This document shows positions 49,591 through 62,234 of a stretch of DNA of 64,000 nt, one piece after another. The DNA is from Felis catus (lineage: Eukaryota). The stretch's first letter is position 1, and each line of letters begins with the position of its first letter. Under the pieces are notes generated by a model that made no database searches, was not told the DNA's origin, and was given only the letters and a program-made list of their open reading frames with translations. The stretch is taken from assembly GCF_018350175.1 (NCBI RefSeq), contig NC_058368.1:136402001-136466000 (forward strand). The letters are read 5' to 3'. The position numbers and the translations under genes are program-made.

Positions 49591-50776
49591 TTTCTCATGC
49601 ACTTTTTAACCTGTTATTATACTGACAAAAATGTACCTGCTATTATAGTCTTTTCTATTGCAATTTCATCAGGCCCTACTTCCTCTGTTATATTATATGA
49701 TCCATTCCCTGATGACAGAGCCTAATGTCTGTCTTACATGACTAAGCATAAAGCACCAACACAGATGCCTTGCCCATAATAGGTACTTAGCAAATGCTCT
49801 TTGAACTGAATAGAGTTTTCAATTTCTTGCCCTGCTGGAGGACCTGGAGACTTTAGGGAAGATTCTTCAGGCTTATGAGAGTTGCAGGCCTAGTTAAGGC
49901 ATCTTGTCACAGCACTGGTAAGACTTGTCATTGTCTGTTCTTCAAGGCAGTGCTGTTTGCTCTGCTAAGGTTTGGATAAGACTCTCATATCAAAGAAATG
50001 ATCAAGTTCAGCTTTTGGCTGAGACTTCTTCCATAATATTTGTGGAGCTAGCCTGGTAGTCATGAGAGGGACAGGAAGAAAGAACGATGGACTCTGTGGA
50101 GCTAGGGACTAGAGCACAGAGCCCATTTCTGCCCCTGGGGACCAGGGCAAGAATGCACATAGAGACCCTATTCTCATGCCATCCCTAGTTCTATCTGGCA
50201 CCATGTAGGCATTGTATATTTAGTCAAGGACATTCCAGCTTGAACATCCAACCTCCATCCACTGCCACAAAGAACCTACCCTTGGTCGCCACTCAGGCCT
50301 CGGGGTAAGCACACAAGTATTAGTAGAGTTTCCCTTGGGAGGACTCATGGCTCATGGCTACTGGGTAAGGGAATCCTGCATACCTGGAGAAAAGGCTAGA
50401 AGGGGAGGCCCAAGATTCTTGTGGGCACCTACCTTTCTCCCCACCCCCCCTAAACTTCTCATCCACGGAGGAGAGGCAAAGATGAAGTAGAGCCAGGGCA
50501 GGGCCTTCCAAAGCGTAGGGTACAGGGCAGAGGTTGATTGCCCAGGTGTGAGGTGAAGCTGAAAGAGACGTCACTGAGATGCTTGGGACAAAAAAGCAGG
50601 CCAAACTCAGGATCATGCATCATAGGTGAAAAATTACTATAGCATCTCTTTAGATTTACAAAGAACTGTACCTTTGTGTTCCTTTTTTGTTTGTTTGTTT
50701 TTAAATGATTGAGATAGAGGGTTTCCTCATGAATTTGACCCTGAGATAAGACTGGGAAATAGGGTTAAGGTGGGGG

Positions 50777-51204
50777 CAATGATATCCTGGAGGAAGTTCA
50801 AACCACTTCATCAGAGCGAGTTGTTACATTTCCATGAATCTTGTGAGTCAGTTGTTAAACCCAGCTATTAGAAATTAATATAAAATTATATAAATTATAT
50901 AAACTTACAACTAAATGCTATTGAAATACAGATAATAAATATATAAAACATCACTTCATAATTGTTTCTACCTTTACTGTTATCTATGCTCTTGGAGTTA
51001 TTTCCATCTACTCTATATCTGTGGTAGAAATACTGTAGAATGATTTACTACTGCACATCTCTTCCCCACTCCACGTTTGGTAACATCATATTGGAATTAA
51101 CCATGGTAGGAATATTTATACCACAGAAGCTGGCAAACACTACAGATCAGAGCTCCATCCCTCCCTGGAGAGGTGGTTGTGAAACATTTACCAGTACACC
51201 CCTG
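50777..51204 (+). mobile_element. MER63B-like hAT DNA transposon
   Basis: Body matches recalled MER63 consensus (ATTATATAAACTTACAA, ATCTATGCTCTT, CTCTTCCCCACTCCACG, end AAACATTTACCAGTACACCCCTG); degenerate 8-bp TSD GGTGGGGG/GTAGGGGG. Confidence 0.82.
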
Positions 51205-52953
51205 GTAGGGGGATGGGTGATGATGGAGGAGACCCAAAGTTGGCAGTTAACCATTGTAGAGTCTCTTTACTTTAAAACGGTCTTTTTTGGGGTCAATTTA
51301 GTCAATTCAGAGTACTTGCAAAGCTGTCAAAATTGTTTTTCCCTGATTCCGTTCCTCTTCCCCTCTTCCTCGGGAGTGTCTGGGTATAGGGGTAGAGTGA
51401 TCCTTAGACCCATTGATCCTTAGACCCTCACTACTCTCTGCTTTGAGGTGACTGGACTGGCTGATGCTGAAACCTGTGGCTGGTGAACTTGAATGGTCCA
51501 TCTTGCTTGATTTTTTTCCTTCCTGCTTTGATTCTTGCCTAGTACTGTTGATCATTCTGGGTTGATTCCTGACTCAAGAAGTGGCCTTTCCTAAGGCCCC
51601 TGGCTGTAGTCTCAATCTTCCTTCTATCCCATTCTCTGCTAGCAAGGATACCAACTACCATCAGCTGCCCTCCAGGCAGGGAAGAACTTCTGGGCCCTTT
51701 CCCTGACACATGAGACAGGCATTTGGCTGTCGAACCTTCCGTAGAGGCAAACTCAGGCTCTTTCCCCATCCACCCATGCCTCCTGTTTGACTCTGCTACA
51801 GTCACTCTAGCTAGCTTGGTAACCTGGCAGCATTCTCCCTGGAGAGTTTGAGACCGTCAGTGGGACATAAAGCCTCCTCTATGCTTTTGGTCAGAACTTC
51901 AGCCCATCTAACACCACACCTTTCCCTCTGGGTTTGGTCCCAGAGGTGTTCACATGTGCAGTCCTTGCCTCCCTTTTCCTCCCTTCCCTTCACCACTCCT
52001 CAAAGGCGGCATAGGGTGGTCTTTCCCCTTCTTCCAGTCGGGCAGGGCCCTCTCTTATGCCATGTTCTCTTTCCTCCTGTGGGGGCATTCACCTCCACCT
52101 TCCCTGGGACTGAAATGACAGAGAGGATGCCGGGAGAGAAACAACAAAGGGAAGAACCTAAATCAGTGTGCTTAATACACACATCTGAGTACAGCTCGTG
52201 TCACATCAGAGTATAGTGTACAGAGGCCCGTGAATGGTAACCACGGCTTTTCTTCCATCAGCCGTAGCTGCTGAGGCTTTTTCTTCCCTCCACCCACCCT
52301 CCCCCCCGCCCCCCTCTTTTTCCTCCTCTTCTCCGGTATCAAGGACATCCTGATCACTTGGATAAACCCTTGAAAGGAAGCAGATCTTATAACAGCTCAC
52401 CCTGGAATCTCAAGATTCTCCTTCACAAACAGAGATGGCAGGAAAACCGACTCTGGGGGCTGTGCAAACACAAGTGAATGTGACCTTACAGGGTATTGGG
52501 GTGTGCACACGTGTCCTTCTGCTGGAGGACGAGTGATGTGGTTCGGGCAGACCCACAGACCTGGGAGTCAGCCCAGAGCAGAGGTTCAGCAGGATGCACG
52601 GGCCTCTGTGCAGGCCTGCGTGAGAGCAACAGTGATGGCCATGAGGGCCAGGAAAAGCCTTGGGTGCTAGTCTCTGCCTTTTTGGGGTAGGAAGGGACTG
52701 GGACTAGGTCCAGTGCTCTTTGCAACAGTTCTCTGGTCTTCTTTTCTTCATCTTTTTTGTTAAGCTGCAGAATTCTAAAGTGTAGGAGATCAAAGCAAGG
52801 CCGCTGGAGGTGCGACGGAAGTAGAAGACAGAACCCGTGCTCTATCTCACCGTTTTTAGAATCTTTCCCCAACCTCCCAGCCCTCAGAACACAGCTCGGC
52901 AATCACAGCGGTGAGATGCACTGCCTCTCCCATCCCATACCTTGAACTTGTTA

Positions 52954-53127
52954 CTATAAATAAAACAGGAACGTTACCACGGCAACCTGCCTGTCTGTTT
53001 AAATTGCCCCTTATAGAGCAGATTAGCCAGGATCGATAGTGCTTCCTGAATGCAGAATTGCTTTCCTTTTATAACAGAAGTTTGGACAAATTATAGAATA
53101 AACCACTGGGAAACAAGGTCTGAGTCA
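52954..53127. promoter_or_regulatory. Candidate enhancer motif cluster (MEF2, RFX X-box, AP-1)
   Basis: CTATAAATAA 52954-52963; GTTACCACGGCAAC 52973-52986; TGAGTCA 53121-53127, all in non-repeat sequence. Confidence 0.4.
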
Positions 53128-54089
53128 TGCAATTAAATTGTTAATCCGCAGCTCCTCTTCACGGCCCCTGGGAGGCTGTTCTTCAATGCAACTTGGTCTT
53201 GGAGCCTGTATTCCCCCGGCCGCTGTGTTATTCACTGCTCACTTCCGTGGCCTCTTCCCTGGCAAGCTCTTCCTGCTGCTCTGCATGTGTCATTAGAAAG
53301 GACACTTCTGTCTGTAGCATCCTGCTTGTCTGGGCTCAGCTGTCATGTGACAAGATACTGTCTTCGGAGATGGACAGATTTTAAATGACACTCCCCAAGT
53401 GGGCTTGCGGAAGCAGACCTCAGAGCAGATGTAGGCCCAGGCCTCGCCCCAGCAAGGAGCTTATTAAGAGGCATTAGTTAGCCCTGAAACCAGTGCCAGT
53501 CTGCTATTGTTCCCCAGGACACAGAGCAAGGAATTCCTTCCCCCAGTAAAACCTGGAGGGGATGCTCCAGGAGGATGGGAGTGCTGAGTTTGGCTGCTTT
53601 TTTGGAGTAGGAAGAGTTGAATATGGCTTCCTTCCATGACCTGAGGATCTGAACGGAGCCTTGCATCCCAAATTATCTTGCAACCGAGTAGGTGCCTGAA
53701 ATTCTGTGTCTTTTACTTAAAATGCAGACACTCCTGGGAAGGGCAACAGTTTGGCCCAATTCCCACTAAGGTATCAGGTTGGAGTCTTCCAATGGAGAGC
53801 AGGGGCCAAAGGGTACCAACAATATCCCAGGCCTTTTACCGCCATCCTCGCGTGGTCTTCCTAACAGTTTAGTGACGGCTTATTATCTGTGCCTTGTGTT
53901 CTCTTCCCATGACCTTGTTATCCTACCCTAAGGCTTACCGGCTCCGCTTTGCTGTTGGGGTGACTTAGCATTGGGGGTTTGGGCTAAGACGGGCTGTGTT
54001 TCCATCCTAGCTCTGTCCCCATCTGTGAACTGAACTGTGGGACCTTGCATAAATTATTATTTTTATTTTATTTATTTATTAATAATTAT

Positions 54090-54296
54090 TATATTTTTTT
54101 AAATGTTTACTTATTTTTGAAAGAGAGAGTGTGTGTGGGGGCGGGGCAGAGAGAGAGGGAGACACAGAACCCGAAGCAGGCTCCAGGCTCTGAGCTGTCA
54201 GCACAGAGCCCGACGTGGGACTCAAACCCACGAACTGTGAGATCATGACCTGAGCTGAAGTTGGACGCTTAACCAATTGAGCCACCCAGGCGCCCC
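54090..54296 (-). mobile_element. CanSINE
   Basis: Reverse SINE ending CCACCCAGGCGCCCC. Confidence 0.93.
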
Positions 54297-54619
54297 AATG
54301 CTATTGTTTTCCTTTAGTCATTGGGTGATTTCCCACAGGAAAAAATCGCATTATATATTATTTGGCTTACGATTTCAAGGGTTCAAGAAGCCCCTGTAGA
54401 TAGGGGCTCCTTGTGTACAGTAGATTTGGGGACCAGAGATAGGAATAAATGGTGGTGGGGGGGGAGGGGAAGAGGCATACTAAGTAGCTGCGTAGAATTA
54501 AGTGATCATATCCGGCCTGACTGCTTTCAGAAAATCGCCAGAATTAGTGCTTGAATTACATTTTGCAGCCAGGAATAGTAGCAATATATTTATTTCAGGT
54601 ACTGTTTAATTTCTTTCAT

Positions 54620-56069
54620 TAAAAATTTTCTTAAATGTAAAAGAGCACATGACACAAAACCCCCCTTGTTAACCACTTTTTTTAAGTGTACAATTCAGTA
54701 TGTTAAGTATATTCACATTGTGCAAGAGGTTTCCAGGATTTTTCCATCTCGGTCTATTAAACGACTCCCGATTTCCCCCTCCCTTCAGCCCTTGGCAGCC
54801 GCCATTCTACTTTCTGTTGGTGAATTTGACAACTGTAGTTAGATCCCTCCTACAAGTGTAATCATACTGTATTTGTGCTTTTGTGATTGGCTTATTTCAC
54901 CTAGTATAACATCCTCAAGGTTCACCCATGTTGTACCACATGACAGAATTTCTTTCCTTTCCAAGTTTGATGATAATATTCTGTTGTCTGTATATACCAC
55001 ATTGTGTTTATTCGTTCATTCACTGGTGGACATCAGGGTTGTTTCTACCCCTTGGCTATTGGGAATAGCTGCTATGAACATGAGTGTGAAAATATCCTTT
55101 GAGATCCTGCTTTCCATTCTTTTCGATGTATTTAAAAAATCCAGAGTTGGGATTGCTGGACCATGTGGGAGTTTTATTTTTAATTTTTTCAGGAACCTCT
55201 ATAATGTTTTCTATAGTGGCTGTACCATTTTACATTCCCACTAACAATGCAAAAGTGTTCTGATTTCTACATATCCTTTTAAACACTTGTTATTTTCTGC
55301 CGTCTCCCCCATCTCCATCTTTACTGAAGTGTAATTGACAGATAAATTGTGATATATTTAAATTACCCAATGTAATGATTTGACATACATACACATCATG
55401 AAATCATTGCCAGCATTGAGTTAATTAACATCACTATCACCTCACCTATTTATCTTTTTATTTGGTGAGAACTTAGGTTCTACTTTCTTAGCAGATTTCA
55501 ATTATATGGCATAGTATTTTCTTTTTAAAAAATTTTATTTATTTATTTATTTTTGGACAGAGAGATTGGGGGAGGGGCAGAGAGATGGAGGGACAGAGGA
55601 TCCAAAGCAGGCTCCACGCTGATAGCAGAGTCCCGGATGTGGGGCTTGAACTCACGAACCATGAGATCACGACCTAAGCCAAAGTCCGAGGCTTCACCAA
55701 CTGAGCCACCCAGATATCCCTTTACATTATAGTATTTTCAGCTATAGTCAGCTTGTTATACATTAGATCCTCAGAACTTACTCAACTTAGAACTGAAAGT
55801 TTATACACTTTTACCAGCCTCTGATTTCCCCACCCTTGAGCCTCTGGCATTAATCATTCTTTTCTCTCTTTCTAGGAGTTCAGCTTTTTTTAAAATTTAT
55901 TTTTATTTTTTATTTATTTTTTTATTTTTAGATTCCACAAATAAGTGATACCATGCAGTACTGTATTCGTCTTTCTCTGTCCGACTTTTTTCACTCAGCA
56001 TAATAACCTGTGGGCTTATCCATGTCACCTTTGGCAGGATTTCCTTCTTTTTAATGGCTGAGTAATATT

Positions 56070-56114
<45 letters not shown>

Positions 56115-57345
56115 CACTTATTAAAAAAGTCCATTCATCTGTCAACAGACACTTGGCTATTGTGAGTAATGTTATAATGAACATGAAAGTACAGACATTT
56201 CTTTGAGATCATGATTTCATTTCTTGTGGATATATACCCCAACATGGGATTGCTGAATCACATGGTAGGTCTAGTTTAATTTTTTTAAGGGAATGTCACA
56301 CTTTTTTCCTAGAGGTGTGTGTTCCCACCAGCAGTGCACACGACTGTTGCCTTTTTTGCATATCCTCTCCAGCATTTATTTCTTGTCTTTTTGATAACAG
56401 ATATCCTAACAGGTGTGAGGTACTGTCTCATGATGGTTTTGATTTGCATTTCCCAGGTGATGAGTGATGTTGAGCACCTTTTCATGTACCTGTTGGCCAT
56501 GTATATGTCTTCTTTGGAAAAATGTCTGTTTATGTCCTTTACCCATTTTTTAATCAGTTTATCTGTTTTTCGCTATTAAGGTGTTTGAGTTTCTTGTATA
56601 TTTTGGATACCAAACTGTTTTGATTGCTGTAGCTTTGTAACATAGTTTGAAATCAGAAGCATAATACCTCCGGTTTTGTTCTTCCTCTCAAATTGCTTTA
56701 GTTATTTGGGGTCTTTTGGGCTCCATATGAATTTTAGGATTGTCTTTTCTATTTCTGTAAAAAATATCATTGAAATTTTGATAGGGATTGCACTGAATCT
56801 GTAGATCACTTTGGGTAGTATGGATATTTTAACAGTATTAGTTCTTTCAATGCATGAACATGGACTGTCTTTCCATTTATCTTGTGACTTCTGCAATTTT
56901 TTTCATCAATGTCTTATAGTTTTCACTGTGTAGAACTTTACCTCCTTGGTTATACTCATTCCTAAGTATTTTACTCTTTTTGATGCTATTATAAGTGGGA
57001 TTGATTTCTTAGTTTCTCTTTTTCGTGGTTTGTAAGTGTGTAGAAACATAACTGCTTTTTGTGTATTGATTTTGTATCCTGCAAATTTGCCGAATTCATT
57101 TATTCCAACAGTTTTGGGGCTGATTTTTTTAAGGTTTTCTGTATATAATATCATGTCATCTTAAAACAGAGACAATTTGACTTCTTTTCTGATTTCAATG
57201 CCTTTTATTTCTTTTACTTGGCTAATTGCTGTGCTAGGAATTCCAGGACTATGTTGAGTAAACATGGTAAGAATGGTCATCCTTGGCTGGTTCCTGGCCT
57301 TAGAGGAAAATCTTTTAGCTTTTCATCATTGAGTATGATATGCTT
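54620..57345 (-). mobile_element. Cluster of antisense L1 fragments (several 3' ends plus ORF2 RT region)
   Basis: Minus peptides SLF*DDMILY (decayed FADD), [36 protein letters not shown]. Confidence 0.88.
55522..55720 (-). mobile_element. CanSINE (older)
   Basis: Reverse SINE; ATAGTATTTTC duplicated on both sides. Confidence 0.9.
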
Positions 57346-57412
57346 GAGGCTTGAGTATTGACTAGCTGTAGTCTTATCATAAATGGCTGTTACAACTTTG
57401 TTAAATTAACAT

Positions 57413-57810
57413 TTGTTAAACAAAGCAGGGTCCTGGATGGTGATCTCTGATTCAACAACAGATCACAGGGGAAATTGAAAAAGAAGAGTTTATTACTCAC
57501 AGGTCCTGGAGGAAGTACATGGTATGCGTCAGGGAGCCACATAGGGAAGTCAAGGTAGAGTGTCAACAGAGAAAGAGATAGGACCTGAGGCACATGCTAT
57601 TGTTAGGCTCCAGGGGTAGGGTGCTTTGGGGTTCCCAGGCTAGGGATGGATTGCTCAATTTAAACCAAATAGGTGGGGTTTTATTAAGCCCCATGGGGTC
57701 TTACCTAAGGGGCACATAGGCATGCAGGTGCTGGGAGACCAGGGAGCTTGTTGATCACAAGGGCTGTTTGGGAAATCATACCAGGAACTTATATTTGCTT
57801 GTGACTCCAT
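57413..57810 (-). mobile_element. LTR fragment (family not assigned)
   Basis: GTTTATTACTCACAG (minus-strand AATAAA) and LTR-like composition. Confidence 0.55.
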
Positions 57811-57939
57811 ATTTATAATTTGCCTCCTATTTCACAGCTCATCAAGATAGTGCACTTTGTTACTTTCGTTGGAAAACCACTGCTCTAAGTTTTGGTGAGA
57901 GGTAAAAGGATATTCAGGATTTGGTGATTTTGAAAGTAG

Positions 57940-58515
57940 TGTTAAAGAAAAAATTATTCTGACACTTATCAAAACACTAGGAAGGCTTTATTCAGGGCTA
58001 TTGCAATAGATGTCAAGATTATTACAGTAGAGGATGGGGCACCTGCGTGGCTCAGTTGGTTAAGGCATCCAACTTTGGCTCAGGTCATGATCTCATGGTC
58101 CGTGAGTTCTAGCCCCAAGTTGGGCTCTGTGCTGACAGCTCAGATCCTGGACTCTGCTTCGGATTCTGTGTCTCCCTCTCTCTCTGTCCCTCACCTGGTC
58201 ATGCTCTGTTTCTCTCTGTCTCAAAAATAAAACATTAAAAAATGACTATCACAATAGTAGAGACTATTGGGCTAAAGTCCAAATACAGCAAAGATAACTG
58301 AGGTTTTATAGCCAGCAATCAGAATGGGGGTGTGAATGTATCCAGGATTACTAAGAGAGAGATCAGGAGGAAGGGGATTCTTGCTAAACTGATTTGGGAG
58401 GTTATTTGCCAAGACTGGCCTATGCAACCCACCAAGGACTGGGGCCAAGGTTGAGTACTAGTTGAGAAGATGGCTCAGGGGGCCTAATGTTTGGTCAAGG
58501 AGAAAAGGTTTGTCA
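57940..58515 (-). mobile_element. ERV1 LTR (MER31-like) interrupted by a SINE
   Basis: TGTTAAAGAAAAAATTATTCTGACACTT...GGATTCTTGCTAAACTGA...GTTTGGTCAAGGAG..TTTGTCA. Confidence 0.78.
58036..58242 (+). mobile_element. CanSINE
   Basis: GGGGCACCTG head, CT tract, tail; degenerate TSD. Confidence 0.93.
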
Positions 58516-59556
58516 GAGAGTAAGTGTCTGTTTATTTTTTCAGAACTGGCTTAACCTTTTTTTTTTTTTTTTGCCCATTTTCTGGTTTCTTTCCCCTTCC
58601 TTACTTGTCCTCAGGGCCCCATATCTCTGATCTCTGACACATTCATTGATGCTGAAATATCTGGAGGTAAAATAAAGAAGCTAAGTAAATAAAAAAGCTA
58701 TGATTCCTCCTCATTTGTGAGTGATGACTGCACTCAGCTTCTGGACAGGGTGTGGCCCTCCCCTCATCATATCCTGCTTAACTGTTGGAGTCCTTTTCTC
58801 GGCTTGGTTTTGAACAGCAAGGGGGTGGTGTCTTCTTTTTCATCTGTCAGTGTGTAATCTTGAAGCGTAGGTAGTATTTGGCATGTGGCTAGTCACACTG
58901 CAAGTGATAGTTATTAAAATCAACTCACAGAAAATGGCAATTTTCCATTTAAAGTATTGAGGGTATGTGCTTGTTTCCAGGTGCAAAGCTGCCTCATCAG
59001 CTGAACTTGAGTCACTAAAAGGACACAGAGGAAAGGAACTTAACAAACCCAGTGCACTATTATTAAATTTAAGAAACTCAAAATGAAATTTCTCTTCCTT
59101 TGTCCAGGTGCTGACTGGAGATCCAAATGAATGCTTTTTTAGCGTAGTTTTAACAGTTTTAACCTCTTCCAATGGAAATATCTGCTTCATTTCCAATTAA
59201 ATTTAGTTAGAAAGAGACTCCAGAATTTTCCTCTCAATGATTTGGGCCCCCTTCTAGAGTGGTTAACTCAAGGAATTAGTTTTTGCAGATAGTGTTTTAT
59301 TGAGGTCTGGTAAAGGATCTCAGTCAGGGATCAAGTTAACTGTATATGTATTCTAACTCTGCTACCCATGAGTTCAAGACCTTGGAGTTGTTTCATGCCC
59401 CAGTCTTCAAGTTCCCCTGTTGTTAGATGAGAGACATTGACTTGGTACAGTAAACCACCTCCCAACTGTAACATGAGGGAAGCCATTTAAAGTTTCTTTG
59501 AGTTTCTGGGTTGCTGTTTTCCAGATAGCACCTTGATTTCTAGGTTCTCAATTTTT

Positions 59557-59773
59557 TTTTTAATTTTTTTCAACATTTATTTATTTTTGGGACAGAGAGA
59601 GACAGAGCATGAACGGGGGAGGGACAGAGAGAGAGGGAGACACAGAATCGGAAACAGGCTCCAGGCTCCGAGCCATCAGCCCAGAGCCTGACGCGGGGCT
59701 CGAACTCACAGACTGCGAGATCGTGACCTGGCTGAAGTCGGACGCTTAACCGACTGCGCCACCCAGGCGGCCC
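59557..59773 (-). mobile_element. Young feline CanSINE
   Basis: 18-bp TSD TCTAGGTTCTCAATTTTT (59539-59556, 59774-59791). Confidence 0.97.
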
Positions 59774-59840
59774 TCTAGGTTCTCAATTTTTGATGTATTC
59801 TTACTTTTCAATCTGTCAAGATTTTGGAGCGTCATAATTA

Positions 59841-60181
59841 CAGGCATTTTTCCCTCAGTGTATCATGATAAGAATTGGATATAAGTCGTCTGCTATTTCA
59901 GGATCATGATTTGCGGTACTGAGAGAGGTAGATGATAAAGCTATCAAGAAAGGGAATAAATAGCAACAAGAAAGTAGCACCCACAGGGAAAGGAAACAAG
60001 CCATGAAGGAGACACAGCTGCATTGTTTGAATTTCATGCTTTGTTTAACATGACAGTGGGTAAAAAAGGTGGTAAGAACAGGAGAGAAGCTCTTACTGCC
60101 GATAATGCTGGTGGCAATAGAAAAAGAAAGGCCATTGCTCTTGAGCAAAAGGTTGATGTATTCATATACTGGATTTGCTAG
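59841..60181 (+). mobile_element. Ancient Tigger/pogo-type element 5' end with transposase N-terminus relic
   Basis: TA|CAGG start; 60050-60181 reads MTVGKKGGKNRREALTADNAGGNRKRKAIALEQKVDVFIYWIC*, like the CENP-B/psq HTH start of Tigger transposases. Confidence 0.55.
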
Positions 60182-60276
60182 GGGCTTAGGTGTTATAGCC
60201 ATACACTTATAAAACCTCCCTCTAGTACTAAAAATTCCACGAGAAAATGTCTTCGATGAGTGTGAAATTCTCTTAT

Positions 60277-60640
60277 TGTTGTTGAAAATCAACCTCTGTG
60301 CTTTGGAACGAAAATATAATGTGAAGACAGTTTGGGATAAAGAGGAACAATGGCTTCATTGCTTTGCAGGGCAAAGGAGGCTTGGCAGGCTGGGCCTTCA
60401 AAACTGCAAGCCTGCCTGCAGAAAGGAAATACAGGATCTAGGGAAAGACAGAATCTAGCTGGTTTTGACAGGAATTGTGTATGTGCTGCCAACATACCAG
60501 GTTCCTGACCCAAAAGGCTAAGGAGAAGAAGGAAGGTTTGTGGAAGAGAGGAAAAAAGTTTACTTAAAATCCAGCTTCGCTGAAGCATTAGTGCAGCCAT
60601 TTTGATTTTTCTTTAACTTTATTGCTCCTAAGTGGTTTCA
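60277..60640 (-). mobile_element. ERV1-class solo LTR (~364 bp)
   Basis: TG...CA termini with perfect 4-bp TSD TTAT (60273-60276, 60641-60644); GCTTCATTGCTTTGCAGGGCAAAGG motif. Confidence 0.7.
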
Positions 60641-60671
60641 TTATTTCCTGTGAAGCAAATTTGTTTGTTTA

Positions 60672-61025
60672 ATAAACAACAGAAATTGGGGCACCTGGGT
60701 GGCTTAATTGGTTTAACATCTGACTTTGGCTCACGTCATGATCTCACAGCTAGGGTGTTTGAGCCCCACATCCAGGCTCTGTGCTGACCGCTCAGAGCTT
60801 GCAGACTGCTTCGGATTCTGTCTCTCCCTCTCTCTCTGCCCTTTCCCTGTCCATGCTCTGTCTCTTAAAAATAAATACACATTGAAAAAAAATAATAGAA
60901 ATTTATTGCTCACAATTCTGGAGGCTATAAGTCCAAGATCAAGGTGTCTGCATGGTCACATTCTGACAAGAGCCTCTTCCTGGTTCATAGTCGGCAACTT
61001 CTAGCTGTGTCCTCACATGGTGCAA
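60672..61025 (-). mobile_element. MaLR LTR fragment (MLT1A-like) interrupted by a SINE
   Basis: AACAACAGAAATT|TATTGCTCACAATTCTGGAGGC..AAGTCCAAGATCAAGGTG. Confidence 0.78.
60688..60892 (+). mobile_element. CanSINE
   Basis: SINE head/tail; TSD AA(C/T)AA(C/T)AGAAATT. Confidence 0.92.
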
Positions 61026-61137
61026 TGGTCTTCGAAGCAACTACTTTTAACAATACATTGTTTTGATTACATGTGAGTTCTTAAGAATTATAATTATTTC
61101 AATTATTACATCATTGTAGAATAGACTACATTTCCTC

Positions 61138-62030
61138 AAGGCCAGCGACATGATTTGGGGGCCCCAGTACAAAGTAGAAATGGGGGGGGTCCTTTGTTCA
61201 AAAAGCAGAAAAAACGTGTTGTTAAAGGTATATGTTGAGGCACCTGGGTGACTTAGTTGAATGTCTGACTTGATCTCACAGTTCCCCATATCAGGCTTGC
61301 TGGTGTCAGTGTGAGCTGGCTTTGGGTCCTCTCTCTGCCCCTTCCCCATTTGTGCGTACACACACACACTCTCTCTCTCTCTCTCTCAAAGATAAATAAA
61401 ACATTTAAAAAAAGGTATATGCTAAAATATAAAGCTTTTCCTTTCTTTCACAGTCTCTCTCATCCTAGTTTTTTTTTCCTATTTAGTGTCATTCTAAGTG
61501 AAGAAAGATTAAAATTTCAAATTGTTAGCGTGAATTTTACAGTTCATCTTTATATGGTGCAATCCTAGTTTTAAATTCAAATGTAAGAACATTTAACTCC
61601 CATATAGTCCCTGAAATCACACAATTGTATTTCATAGCTCATACATGCATATGCATTGTATTCTTACCAGAACAATGGAAATGCTACACAAAATGAGCCC
61701 CACGGTTTTCATTTCATATGTACATATGCTCCCAACACTCTCTACCTTTGTCTACCAGTGAGAAGGTATGGTCTAAAGACAAAGGAACAATGGATTGTTG
61801 GGCCTATCTTCTTCCTTGTATGCCAGCATTTTTGGAATAAGTGGTCAATTAATATGGAGACATAACCTGTAGGGAAGTAAAGGATATGATTGAGTTCCTT
61901 GGTGGCTTGTGTTCATTTGAATGCCTTTGCCTTCTTTCTGTATTTGAAGCACAAATTCTGGTTTCAAAGGAAAATGTGGCCTCTTGGGACTGTCAGAGCC
62001 TCTGTTACTCAGTCATAGACATAACAGTAA
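61138..62030. mobile_element. MER45B-like hAT-Tip100 DNA transposon interrupted by a SINE
   Basis: CAAGGCCAGC..GGGGCCCCAGTACAAA..CCTTTGTTCAAAAAGCAG..AAAATATAAAGCTTTTCC matches a recalled MER45B end. Confidence 0.75.
61237..61410 (+). mobile_element. CanSINE with internal deletions
   Basis: TSD AAAGGTATATG(T/C)T (61224-61236, 61411-61423). Confidence 0.88.
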
Positions 62031-62194
62031 TAGTGTGGCATAGCCAAGTTGACACATAAATTGAACCATTAAAATACCCAAGAGCATAAGGTAATAAGGT
62101 AAGGAAAATGGTCTGTGTCCCTGCAGCCTTGATAATTCATTGAGTCAAGATTAAATCCCATTGCATGGTGGTACTGGATCCAGGTATGACAGGA

Positions 62195-62234
62195 GTGTGT
62201 GTGTGTGTGTGTATGTGTGTGTGTGTGTGTGTGT
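62195..62234 (+). repeat. (TG)n microsatellite
   Basis: Directly visible, one interruption. Confidence 0.95.

Noticed and set aside
50110..50565. Possible ancient hAT (MER115/Zaphod-like) element
   Set aside because: Only vague terminal similarity; TIRs and TSD could not be established by eye
2673..59773. Recurrent ~200-bp near-identical units with tRNA-like A/B boxes
   Set aside because: Dispersed tRNA-derived SINEs with TSDs and A-tails; neither tRNA genes nor a CRISPR-like array
59855..60292. 145-aa minus-strand ORF
   Set aside because: Antisense to the putative Tigger relic; no homology recognised
2653..61004. Many 60-110 aa ORFs with MAQSVKRPTSAQVMIS / RERETQNPKQAPGSE-like peptides
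   Set aside because: Translations of CanSINE copies, not a gene family
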